Shown here: one piece after another, positions 1-12,493 of the stretch
How positions within the stretch are numbered: position 1 is the stretch's first letter
Layout: the number at the start of each line of letters is the position of its first letter
NCBI GenBank assembly: GCA_025603075.1
Contig: MU626283.1
Coordinates: 96,795-160,794, forward strand
DNA length: 64,000 nt
Direction: 5' to 3'
Source: Neoconidiobolus thromboides FSU 785
Taxonomy: Eukaryota; Fungi; Entomophthoromycota
Notes under the pieces: generated by a model
What the model was told of the DNA's origin: nothing
The model's database searches: none
Seen by the model: only the letters and a program-made list of their open reading frames with translations
Position numbers and translations under genes: made by a program

Positions 1-330
1 TTATGGACCTAACGCAGAAGCTTATGAAAAAACAGTAAGTTTTAATTTCAACTTTAAAGTGTAAAATTTATCAATACATCTTCTTAGTTCCCTACTGAAC
101 AGGCTCCAAGTGGTTTCCTTTATCGCTCTACTTATGCTGTTAAGGTAAGATTTAAATTTAAAATTGCTATTGTAATGTTTTATTAATATTCTAAATTAGA
201 GTCGATTCATTGATGATGATAAAAACGTCCATTTAGAATGGGAATGGGTAATTTAATTATATAATAATAATAATAAGCTATTAATACAGTTATTTCAATA
301 TAGCAATTTAAGATTGAAAAAGATTGGTAA
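1..330 (+). CDS. RDI1: Rho GDP-dissociation inhibitor, 3' part (exons <1-34, 88-144, 200-247, 304-330)
   Basis: Manual splicing at GT-AG introns gives YGPNAEAYEKT/FPTEQAPSGFLYRSTYAVK/SRFIDDDKNVHLEWEW/QFKIEKDW*, the typical Rho-GDI C-terminus. Confidence 0.9.
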
Positions 331-958
331 ATAGGACACCAAATCATAATAAGAATTAATATTTTTATTTTCGCTCTCATCCTCACTTTTTGATTTAAGA
401 ATAAACAATTATTAACTAAATTTTATACTTCGTCTTTTCATTATATATTAAATTTATTATTATTTGTTATTCGAGCATACCTAATATTTTATTTTGACAT
501 TTGTGTATTAAGATAAAAAATGACAATTCAATTTGTCAAACTAATTTTAAAATTGAAATAAAGAATGTTCTTGATTAAATGAATTTACTTATTCACACCA
601 AAATCTGTAATATTATTATACTAAGTCGAATAACAGTGAGATTGTTAATAAAAAAAGCAATCAAACTAAACAAAAATAAAGAGCAGTAGTATTCAATAGG
701 GATATTTTGTATTGGATGATATAATTATAAACCTATACAGCAGTTTGGGTTTTAAAATGAAAATATTACTTGAATCAAGTAATATATATTAAGATTTATG
801 AATAAGTATAAAGATGTGATCGATTTACCCAACCGTTTATACATTTTCCATGACTATTATTGATTGAGCAAATAACTTGTCTTCACATGGGCCCACGAAT
901 CCAAATCTACATTATTTAAAAATTTTACAAATTGATTGCATTATAATATTAACTAAAT

Positions 959-1053
959 GGGGATGTTTTTTTTGGTTTCATCACTTTTTCCATTATTTAA
1001 ACGCTATTTGAGCGGAAAGATTGTTGGCGAAATCCAAACAAAAAAATACCTTC
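959..1053 (+). mobile_element. MITE copy 1
   Basis: Matches window repeat consensus; flanked by AAAT/AAAT direct repeat. Confidence 0.8.
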
Positions 1054-2450
1054 AAATCTTATTTATATTAATACTATTAAAACTAAGAAGTTGATAATAT
1101 TAAAAGCTAAAAAAATTAATATTTTTTACGATAAAAGGTTTTATTTTTAAATAGGTATTATGTTTTACTGAATTATAAAGGGATAATAATTATTATTTCC
1201 TCATTATTCCATATCTGGATCAACTTATATATAGCTTAATTCAAATCCCTAACATATAATTTGAATAAATCTAAAGCAAATATTCTTAAATTAGAGTAGT
1301 TCTTATCTATCGATGAACTCCTTCCTTGTCTCATAATACTCTCGCCTCAATCCTCCAATTCCGACTTACCCATTTTACTATTCTCTCCGTTGCTATCATA
1401 GATAGAACAATCGATAACACTGTATCTTTTAAGATTTAAGAAAAAATATTAGTTTAAATTACAATTATTTACTAAATAGTAAAGAACACGCTTTATTTAA
1501 TAGCGGATATTTTTATTTATGTAACCTAGCAATAATTAAGGTAGTTCTAGCAATATTTAAACTAGACAAATTCACTTTTTAATTCAGCTAGAAGAATAGG
1601 ATACTTGTATGGATTTTGATCAACATCGGATAAAACAAAAAAATGTATTAATATATAATGATATTAAGTCCAAATTGCTCTTGTTCCTTATTACAATATA
1701 ATGCTATTGAGTGCAACGGGGTAGAATCATGTTATACTAGATGTATTATTCGTGCTTATTTATCAAAAAGATGAAAAATTGCAGAATATGAAATATATCA
1801 AATGATATTTATAGACTTAATACAAATAATTTAAATTATATATTTTGAAAAACAAACCAAAATAAAGTACCTGTTCTTCTGTCCTTGTCGCTTTTGTTAT
1901 TTAACTCTGATGATACATGTTTATATCATCTCATGATATTTTCTGATAATAACTATTGTAATAACTAATGATAAGTTGAAATCTTACAATATCTTTTATT
2001 ATGATATTATTATGCATATCGTAATTTTATTAAAGTTTTAAACGTCATCAAAAGAAATTTTAATTACTTATTTAAGCTAGTAATTAACTAGTATGTATAA
2101 TATACGTATTATATTGATTAGTAGGATTATTTGATATTCAACGTTGTTTTTTTCTTTGGTGTCACTTTCATTATACAATATATGTTATAGAAGTCGAGTT
2201 TATTTTAGATGCTAAACTAATATTTCAATAATATATGAAACAAAAAGACCATATATAAAAACTAAGTTTAAATACATAAAAAGCTATAAAATAAAATTTT
2301 CAAGTTCTCTAAAAAACTCTAAAAATAGCCCTAGTTCCTAAAGGTGATTTCACCAAAGTTACTAGTTTAAAAATGAACAGAAAAAATTCTATATTTAAAT
2401 TTTCTTATTCTTTTAATTATTTAATTTCAGTGTAAGGGTCTTTGGATTCG

Positions 2451-5400
2451 ATGCTCTCAAGTAGTTCAATAAAAAACGCAATGAGTATCAACTTACATCC
2501 AGAGAATGAGCTTGAAATTAGCAATGAAGTTGATTATTTTAAGGTAAAATTGGCCCAGCTTACTTCTGTAGGAGAAACCTAACTATTTTTGAAAAATATA
2601 GAAATTTGAACTTGAACTACAAAAAAATCATTACAAATATGGACTTCAATTAGCAAGAAATAATAATGATAGAAAGAGAGACTCTTACAACTCTGGGAAT
2701 CAAGTGAAGCTTGAAGGCACAAAGAGGGCAGGGCGTCCAAGGAGTGCCACCATGCCAACCAATAAATTAGACTGGCTAAATTTAAACTTCGATCATTTTG
2801 TTAATGAGATGATAAAAAAACATACTTATACTTCACTGATATGGTATAAAGACTTAAAGCCAAAAGGTAGTTTATTGACGATATTAAATTTTAGGACTAA
2901 TAGGGTTTTTAGAACATAAAGTTTATGTTGGTTATGACGAAGATTTTGGTCCTTTGTTTGTAACTTTATATTCTCAAGATAGTAGTCATGTAGTTTATTT
3001 ATACTCTAATTGGGTATGACTTATTAAATATAAAATATTAAATATTAAAAAAAGGATGAATTTAGGGTAGCTCCAAAGTGGTAGTTGATAATGCAATGAT
3101 AACACCTTCAAGTGTTAATATTACGCAGTCATTGACACCAAGAGCCTATAAAATTATCTTATTTTTAGCATTTGAAAAGTATTTGGAAGAACTTGAAAAT
3201 CAACAGTTTAGCTTAAAGTCTTGGCAACAATCTATCGATTTCCTATCGCCGTGTTATGGGGACAATTTGTACAAGTTTGCTAATGATAAAAGAGGATATC
3301 AAAGAGATTTTTTGCAAGATATTGATTCAAGCGTCACTTTATTTCAGTTAATTAAAAGTGATCTACCTAGATTTGTTGGACAGTTGGAATTGGTTGAAAA
3401 TGAACAACTTGAAAGAACCTTAAAAAATCTTGATAGAAAAATTGTATGTAGCTTTATTTTTATAAGTATAAATTTAATAAAAGAAATGATATTTTTAGAT
3501 GCAAAAAAGTGTTACTGTTGATGTTATAATTCACCACTCTGGACTAAATAGAACAATGGGTAACTATTAATTTTTTTTAAATAGAATTTATAAATATTAT
3601 TATAGAACAAAGAGATACTTTCAATGCCTTTATTAAAATATGTGGCGAACCTTTAGTCCAAAATGGCTCTTCAATTACTCGTGAAGAGCTTATCAACCCA
3701 ACTATCATTAGTGAAACATCCGATGATCCGACTCAAGTAAATCTTATTTTAATTAATATTTGAGTTATTTTATTCTTTAGCTTATTGCAAGAAGAAGAAT
3801 CATCTTCCAGGAATTATTAGATTCTGAAACAAAATATGTTAATAAATTAAAGGCTATTGTTGAGGTAATAAAAAACACGAAATTATAGCAAATATCAACA
3901 TTAACAATAGATTTATTAGGTATTTATCAAACCATTAAGAAATTTAGCTGACAAAGGAAGTAATTTAATACGTCATTATGATATTAAAGCTACCTTTCAA
4001 TACATCGAAGATATCCTTGAAGTCAATCAAGCATTTTTATTGGACTTACAATCCTATGACCCAGAAACCTCAAATTTAGGGGAAATCTGTTTGAAACATG
4101 TATTATAATTATTTACTACTAGTTAATATGACTTATTAATTCGTCACAGGCCAAAACATTTGAAATATATGAACCCTATATATCAGGGTATCGATATTCC
4201 TTAGAGTATAATGTTACATTAGAACGTAAAAACAACTTTTATTATAATTTTGTTATGGTAAATTAATTATTATATAATTAAAATTAAAAATTAAAAATTT
4301 TATAAAGAAAGCAAGGGATCACCCGGAATGTTTCAAATTGGCACTCAAAGATTTATTAGTTATGCCAGTACAAAGGGTGCCACGATACAATTTACTCTTT
4401 TCAGGTAATATAAACATATTTAACTTTAACTTTAAACTCACTCTTTAAGATTATCTCCGATTTACGCCAAAGGATGATCCAGAATATGATGGACTATATA
4501 AAGCCTTAGTTAAAATCAATGAAATAAGCTATTTAGCATCTCATCGATTATCTGAAAAAGCAGAAGAGCTCTCAAGGCTTTTATTTTCAATAGCAGATTG
4601 TCCAGTAACTTTTATACTAATTTTAAGTTTGAAAACCAAACTTACATTTATTTTAGCCTAAAATCATGAGTTCTTCAAGGCATTTCGTTACCCAATTTGA
4701 TTGTATTGAAGCGGATATCACCACACTTTCAGGCCAAGATAATATCACTTTATTTTTACTAAGTGATTGTTTGATCATTACTAAGCGTAATAAGGATAGT
4801 AGTAGTACTAAAAAGAAATCGTTTCACTTTATTTCATGGATCGATCTAAATGGGTTAGAAGTTTTAGATGCTGAGCCCTATGGTAAGTTATAACTACAAA
4901 AAATTACATCACAAAATATTTATTTTCATTTTAGGTAACATGCATGCACTTTATTTTAAAGGTTCGCTTGAATATAGTGAAGATTTATACTGGGATCATC
5001 AAGAGATTCATATGTTTTCAACTATAGATGCATCAGATAAAGCTAGATTTTATAATGAACTTGTTACTACTACTGCAATTTGTAAAGCAAAAAGTAAATC
5101 TAAAATAAGCTAATATTATATATTTAAATTAACTTGTTTCAAAGAAAATGGAAGCTCATGTTATCATCATTCAATTAAAGATATTGATTTATTTTTTAAT
5201 ATTTATAAACCTGAGTTGTACGAACAGAGTTTACATAAGGTAATTAAATTTTAGATATTTTGATTTTGATAATTCATTTTAAATAAAGAGTGATATTGCA
5301 CTTCATTATGTTGAAGATTCAGCAATAGCCATTCCTAGTTATTTTGAAAAAGCATCACCAGCTCTTGTTAGTGGAATGATAAAAGCAAGAGATTGTCGAT

Positions 5401-6237
5401 TTAGGTAGAACAATTCATAATAATAGTAATAGCAGTTTATTGATATTTGTTTAGTTGTTGTTTTAGAAGTCGACCTAAATGTGATAACATATTGGAACAC
5501 ATCCCAGAAGATTATCAAAGTTATTTTTTAAATGAAAGTAATTTATTAGAGGCCAATAATTTCCAGCTACCCTTTTTATTCCAAGATACTTTTTATCAGT
5601 CGAGTAAATTATTTTTATTTTTATTTTTGCATACTGATTTAATATTCGTTTACTATTCTTTGTAGTTTTGCTTTATAAAATGGCACTTAAAACATGTCTT
5701 AACAACCAATTAAAACTACAAACGTATCATCGAGTGCTATTAGAGAGTCTATATGGGCTTCATTTTCCAAACTCAAAGTCAAGCCATTATTATTTATCCA
5801 AGATTCGTACCTTTTCTCACAAATTAAAAGGGGACAAATTCATTTTAGTATCTAACGGTTTAGCTAATGTTAATACCATTGTGCGTAAATTACCTTATAA
5901 ACAAGCACAGCATCAACTTGGTACGAATAGTTCTGAACATTATCGTGAGTTAGGGACTAAAACTCGATCTTTAACTGATCCTTTAAGATCTTTTCCTTCA
6001 ATGATGGATAAAATTTCAGCTACTGCTAGAAAGGTTACACCGACTAAAATTAAGATCCCTAAACCAGGAGTTGCTACACCTATGTTAAGTCCCATTTCAC
6101 CACTGAGTCCAGTTATCTCTGTTAAGTCATCCAAAGAAAGTATGAAAGAACCCCAAAAAGAAACTAGTTCATCCGCAGGTCGTAAAAAACGTAGTTCTTT
6201 TATTAAGGTTACTCGTTTCTTTTCTTGGAATAGATGA
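2451..6237 (+). CDS. Multi-exon RhoGEF (Dbl-homology + PH), possibly Bud3/Gef2-like
   Basis: Spliced exons give DH motifs IFQELLDSETKYVNKLKAIVE ... LKDLLVMPVQRVPRYNLL ... TPKDDPEYDGLYKALVKI, then a PH-like segment (ITLFLLSDCLIITKR). ORF fragments 2704, 3078, 4666, 4868, 5447 and 5668 belong to it. Start codon approximate. Confidence 0.8.
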
Positions 6238-6466
6238 AAATTAAGCTAACAAATTTTATTAAAAACTAATCTTGTGATATCTATTATGTTTTAACAGTCT
6301 AATAAAAATTTTAAATTAAAAATAAACTGAATAAAAAGTTTACTCTTTAATAATTAATTTGAAAGTTGAGCTGTAAAAGAATACATACAAGAGTAAACTA
6401 TTCATTAGAGAACAAGGGATAAGTAACAGCAAACAAAATAACATGGAAATAAATTACCCACTAAAA

Positions 6467-8344
6467 CTAATGGAATAGGTCAAATCGAACTTTGTTTTTG
6501 CTTTTAGAAAAGCAATTCAATACATCTTTTTCATTTTTAATTAATGTGTAGAACTTTTCATACTCATGGTTCAACGCTTTATCTTTGATTACTTTACTAA
6601 ATGTTGGATTTTTACACATGTTTTTTGATACTAAGTAAAACAAGGCCAATGAAAACGTTACTTGTCCTGTAATCCAAGAACTCTGTTTAAGTGTAATGAA
6701 ATGGTTAATTCCCAGGATGATTGTTTTAGATATATGCTCTGGTTGATCATATTTGGGTATATGTCGAATAAGAAATAATAAGCATCTTGATACCAACCCT
6801 AATCGCATATTATAATGTGTATCCGTACCAATAACAATATCATATGTTATTACTTTGGCTGCTTCTTCAATAGCTAGTTTCATATACTTACTATGCAACT
6901 TATTCTTTTCCGGCTCTGTATTGGTTCTAAAATAAAGTACTAAAGAATAGACCCAATAAATACCATAAATGGAACGAAATAAGATAAAGTGAGCATGACG
7001 TTCCAAAATATGATGTAACTCCTTAGGAGTACTTGCTTTGAGACATAAAAGTTTATTGGAATAATAGGTGCCTTTTTTACGTAAAATTTCTGTTACTTCA
7101 TCGATGTGCTTATAAATCACTGAAGGCATTAATTGTTGGTGCATTGCTTGAATCCGCCATAGATTGATTAAATTGAATGTTTCGCCTTGTTGACTAGTAC
7201 TTTCTGCTGTTATTAAGCAGCAGTAATCAGAAACGGTCCATAAATTTAAATTCATTTTCATTGTTTTTAAATATTGTTTATATACTGCTTTTGTGCTCGC
7301 TGTCTTATATGGTTTTGCTCCATTAAGTGATACTAAACAAGGTACATCACACGACCAATTTAGTATATAGCTTAGATGAGTGATTGAGGTATAAGCCAAT
7401 TTCCTTTCAAGTATCAAGTTACTATCTAAATGCGTTGGTGAGCCACGATGTAATCCAAGTGAATAGGACATATCTATAGCAACTGTATGAAGATACCATA
7501 AACAAGATCTTACCCAACCATAGGATTGTAAGCCTAAAGCGATGATAAGAAAAGCTTGTAAAGTATCAAATTGATTTAATGAATATTGTTTTTTAAACAA
7601 GCTATGTACTTTATACTCAAGATATAGCTTTAAGGTGTTATTGAAAGTGTTGGATTCTAGATGAGATATACCAGAGAGATAAACAGAACACAAAACGAGT
7701 TCAGTTCTAGGTCTAGAAAAAAAGGATTTTTTTGTAAAGAGAGGTATGAAAGGGTTAACAAATTTAAAAAAAGCGTCGATACAATCCGAATAAATACCCT
7801 TAATAGTAGATGTATTAAAATTGGGTTCTTTAATCAATAATGGAACTTTATTTTTTATTTTTGTTATATTATCAAACTTTTTTATTACTTCCATAAAGAT
7901 GATATCGTTATCACCATTATCTTTTAAAGTTGGAAACTCAAATAATGCTAAAAAATTATTGATAATCCTTTTCCTCGGGAAGGAGTTAACAATGTTTAGA
8001 AATTCTTTGATTACTTGTGTTTCATCCGACACCACTTTAAAAAAAGTATGTTTAAAACTTGTTGGCTTCGTAATCAACTGGTTTAATTTATTCTGTTGAT
8101 TTCCATTTTCTTTGGCATCTTCTTTATAGTCTAATATAACAAACTCTTCTTTATTTTGTATCTTAAAACTATTGATATATCTTTCTACTTCTGGTTTGAT
8201 CTTTTTATGTGTCTTTAATGCCCGCTCATAATTACATTCAATATCCAAGTGTTCACATGATTTACAAATCGGTATATCTCTAGAGCATCCTAATCCTCTT
8301 TTTGCGCATTGATCACAACGGTTTGGCATAAGTAAAGAATTCAT
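6467..8344 (-). CDS. Zn(II)2Cys6 fungal transcription factor with fungal TF middle-homology region, intronless
   Basis: CDQCAKRGLGCSRDIPICKSCEHLDIEC six-Cys cluster; CIDAFFKFVNPFIPLF and AIDMSYSLGLHR...LERK motifs. Confidence 0.9.
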   Translation of the reverse strand: MNSLLMPNRCDQCAKRGLGCSRDIPICKSCEHLDIECNYERALKTHKKIKPEVERYINSFKIQNKEEFVILDYKEDAKENGNQQNKLNQLITKPTSFKHTFFKVVSDETQVIKEFLNIVNSFPRKRIINNFLALFEFPTLKDNGDNDIIFMEVIKKFDNITKIKNKVPLLIKEPNFNTSTIKGIYSDCIDAFFKFVNPFIPLFTKKSFFSRPRTELVLCSVYLSGISHLESNTFNNTLKLYLEYKVHSLFKKQYSLNQFDTLQAFLIIALGLQSYGWVRSCLWYLHTVAIDMSYSLGLHRGSPTHLDSNLILERKLAYTSITHLSYILNWSCDVPCLVSLNGAKPYKTASTKAVYKQYLKTMKMNLNLWTVSDYCCLITAESTSQQGETFNLINLWRIQAMHQQLMPSVIYKHIDEVTEILRKKGTYYSNKLLCLKASTPKELHHILERHAHFILFRSIYGIYWVYSLVLYFRTNTEPEKNKLHSKYMKLAIEEAAKVITYDIVIGTDTHYNMRLGLVSRCLLFLIRHIPKYDQPEHISKTIILGINHFITLKQSSWITGQVTFSLALFYLVSKNMCKNPTFSKVIKDKALNHEYEKFYTLIKNEKDVLNCFSKSKNKVRFDLFH

Positions 8345-10191
8345 TGTTTTTAGTTTAACTTTAAAATAATCAAAAGGTGATTTTCTTTTATTTTAAATCT
8401 AAAATAATATAAAGATGAAATAGCAATGAGTCAATAAAAAAATGTAAAACATTTGTAGCTTGGAGTAATGAAAATTTTTAAGCCAATTATTTTTGGATCA
8501 CAGTTCACCAAGTTTCAATATGTCTTATTTTAGCTTTATTCTTTACTTGTATTCTGTTTCTTGTTCAATGCTTCTTTGTTTATTTGGAAGGTATAACTGT
8601 CGTATTTTGAATAAACTGCTGTAGCTGTTTATTTTCTATTCCTACCAGTTTATTCTGGTTGCCTCGACCTGTTTTTGCTAAAAATGTAATAGTGTTAATT
8701 TAATAGTTATTTTAGCTCAATTTTATTGATTTTTAATTTACGAAAGAGATAGTATATGCTTACCACATTGCCAATAAAAGCGTTGATGATACTGACTTTT
8801 ATCATATTAACATATTTCATGTATTAATATTATGTTTTGGTATGTTGTATTGCATAGGTTTATTTACTTAAACAGATTTATACGATTACAAATAATACAA
8901 TGCTGCATTAATAAAACTTCACTTTTAATTGGAGAAATTTCAGCTTATAATAAAAACCCAAAGACCCTTTTTAAAAGTATGCTTAAATCTGATCATAGAA
9001 TTTTTACAGATGTTTACCAACAAAATAAGCTTATAAAATAACAGGCTAAAGAATCCAAATTGCTAATACTGAAATTAAATGGAACAAGAGATGGCATTTC
9101 CTAATCTTAAAATTATTTAGTTTCAAAGTTATTTTAAAATTGTTATATTAGACTATATTAGGATATTATAAATATTTTTTTTAGGTAAGAGCTTATCTAT
9201 TTTATAAAAAAAGAAAAACTTTATTCGAAACATTGATAAAACATCTTTTTATACCCTTCAAAAACATAAGATAGTAAGAGCGGATTCCAAGTACAATTTA
9301 ATAGCAAATAAATAAAAAAAGCAAACAAAGTATGAATAAACTCATGAACCAGAACTTAAAAAGGGGAGAAGGGCATGTAGTTTAAGCCTCAAATTCCAAC
9401 CCTTTCTAGTATCATTATAGTTATAAACCATTTTAGTTGTTGAACTTAAACCATTAAACATAGAAGCGATATAAGAAAAAGTAAAAACAAAAAAGATTAA
9501 ATTCAAGCTGAATAAATAAACAATGAAATGAATTAACCAAGGATGAAAGACCAATTGAAATGGATAGGTTACTATCTTTTGTAAACTTAGCATAAATCGC
9601 TTCTCTCCTTTTAGTTTACTATCACTTAAGTTGGGATTCATTTTTGTAAAAAGTAAATTGAGAAATTTATAGTCGGTTTTTATTAACGTTGAATTTTAAG
9701 GGGTTGACCAATGAAATTTAGTTTCAATAATGGTTGGGTAGTTATTGGATTTAAAGTTGGCAGTGAATGGCAACTAAATGCGTACTTATTTTTAATATTT
9801 TAAAAATAAACTCATTTTATAATTCATTAATAAAATATAGTTCCAATTATTTTTAATGAATTTTGTTATTTTTCAAATACGTCTTAACACTTTTATAGTT
9901 TAATTAGCAATTTTAAGATATAATAAAAGCAGTCACTTTCATGAATTAATTTTTTCATTGCACAATTTTCTACATTTAGTAAAACTTGAGCTTAATCTCC
10001 CATTTTGTTTAAGATAAGTGATTTTACTTCAACAATGATTGGCTCTACTAAGATATTAGCAAAAGGCTTAAACACTCAACTAAGTTAACGAGCATGATAA
10101 CAAAGCGATCAAGACCCAAAAATAAGTTAAACATTTTTTAAAATTAAAAGCTCAACGATAACAAAAAAAGAAAATTTTAATTGAATGAAAC

Positions 10192-11910
10192 ATGTCGATT
10201 AAAGCAGAAAGTATTAATTCAAAATCAGAAGGTTCTGTTGAAAAAGTATTAGAAGACGCAAAAGGGATGGCAAACTCATTATCTTTAAGAATAAGTAATT
10301 GGTGGAACGCATTATTACCAGTCAATCAAGATATTAGTCCAACGCCAAAAAATAATAATTTATCTCAAACAGATATAGAAATTAAAAGTTTAGAAGCTTT
10401 AAGGAACTCTTGGTATTCAAGTAAAGAAAAAAAGAGATTATCGAATACTTCAATTGCTTCGAATGGAACAAGTTCTCAATCAAATGAGGGCGAATATGCT
10501 ACTATTTGGCTATTGGGAAAAGATTATAAGATACTTGCTCAAGATTTAGTTAATGGTAACTTTGATGCTTTTCAACCTTTGTTAGAAGACTTTCAAGCTC
10601 AACCTTGGTTCACTTATCGTCATCATTTTCAAACTTTATTACCTTCAACTTATACAACTGACTCTGGATGGGGTTGTATGCTAAGAAGCGGACAATGTCT
10701 ATTAGGACAGACATTCTTTCGTAGGGAGTTGGGGAGAGGTAAATGGATTTGTGATTTTAAAAACTTAAATATTAAATTTTGTAGATTGGAGGCTTAAAGA
10801 TAATAAAGATGAAAAAGTTGGAATAAAATACAAAAAAGTAAAATATAAAATACTCAAGTTAAAAGTAGATTAAAAGAAATTACTAGATATTATCTTGGTT
10901 TTTAGATGAAATGTCAATCAACAGCCCGTATTCTATCCATAGAATTGCATTATTAGGAAAACAATATAAAAAAGAAATCGGGGATTGGTTTGGACCACAT
11001 ACTATGGCATTAGTTATAAAGTAAGATAATTCTTAGTTATAATAGAAACAATAATATTTACTTTTGAAAAAGATCTTTAGTATTAGATCATGAAGATATT
11101 GATTTAAATGTATATATTAATACAGAAGGCACAATTTATAAATCGGAAATATTGTCACCTAATTTAGCTTCAAGTGCTTATGAAGGTATGTCTAATTCTT
11201 TTAATGATAAATCAATAACTGCTGAGGCTGGATTTACACCTACGCTGATCTTGTTACCAATAAGGCTTGGTGTAGAAACTTTGAATTCTATTTATCATGT
11301 TGCTTTGAAGGTAAATTGTAATCGGGGATGAAAATATAATTGGTTTATTGATACTTTTGTTTTAGAGTTACTTTGGATTTCCTCAGATTGTTGGAATTGC
11401 TGGGTAAGTTTAATCATATTTATTGGTGTTTTAAAGTTTAATATGTTTATAGCGGTAAACCAAAATCATCGCTATATTTTATGGGATTTGAAGGTAATTT
11501 GAGGCGTTTCTTTTTAGAAGTTAAATATTAATTTTGTTTTATTAGATGACAATATTATCTATTCTGATCCCCATCATTCTCGACCTGCATTAGCAAGTAA
11601 AAACATAGATGAGTATAATTATGAAGTAAGATACTTAAACAATCAAATAGTAAAATAGATTAATAGTATACATTATTAGGATTTTTTAAGTTATCATTGT
11701 GAATTACCGAATAAGATTAATATAGCACAATTAGATCCATGCATGCTATTAGGCTTCTATTGTGATAACCAAAAAGAGTTTTTAGATTTTTGTCAACGAT
11801 CAGAAGAATTAGCTAAATATACAACACCTATATTCCGAGTTTGTGATCAAAAACCAGTTTATTTAGATGATTTTAATATGGAGCCCGATTCTGATGATGA
11901 TCAATTTTAA
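10192..11910 (+). CDS. ATG4: Cysteine protease Atg4 (peptidase C54), multi-exon
   Basis: TTDSGWGCMLRSGQ catalytic Cys motif; SPYSIHRIA, DWFGP, LLPIRLG; YSDPH Asp/His motif; LDPCMLLGFYC; stop at 11908-11910. Confidence 0.92.
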
Positions 11911-12493
11911 TATGAACTTATGGATTTCTTGTGTATAGTTTAGTGCCATTGTAGTAGCAACCTTTTCCTATTTATATAGTAGCAGTAATATATATATATT
12001 TGTATTATATTTTTTGTGTCTTTTTGAACTTTTTTGTCTTATAATTAGAAATTTTGATTTATTTTAGTTGGTAATTAAGGTTTGATTTGATATTATAAAG
12101 CATAAATATGATTAGATATCTGTAAAGTATTATGCTAGTAGTCATTCTACTTATATCCTTATTTTTTTAAATTATAAGTTAATAAAAAAAATACAACATG
12201 CTTAAACTATTCGTTTGTAAAATTGGTCATACTTTTTTAACAAAGGCATTAAAACAAATGATACTTAAAGTTTAAATATTTGTAAAATTAGTTTGAGATA
12301 GCTTTGATAGTAATAATAAATTAAATCGATACATTTTGTCTCTATTTTTAGCTTGAAAAAAATGATGTAGCAAATAAATGATCAAAATTTAAAAATGATT
12401 GAATCACAAAGAAAAAGATATTAAAAAAAGCATTTTAAATAAACTTTAAAAACTAAAAGATTTCTTTCTTTACATTATTAAAAAGTAAAAGAA

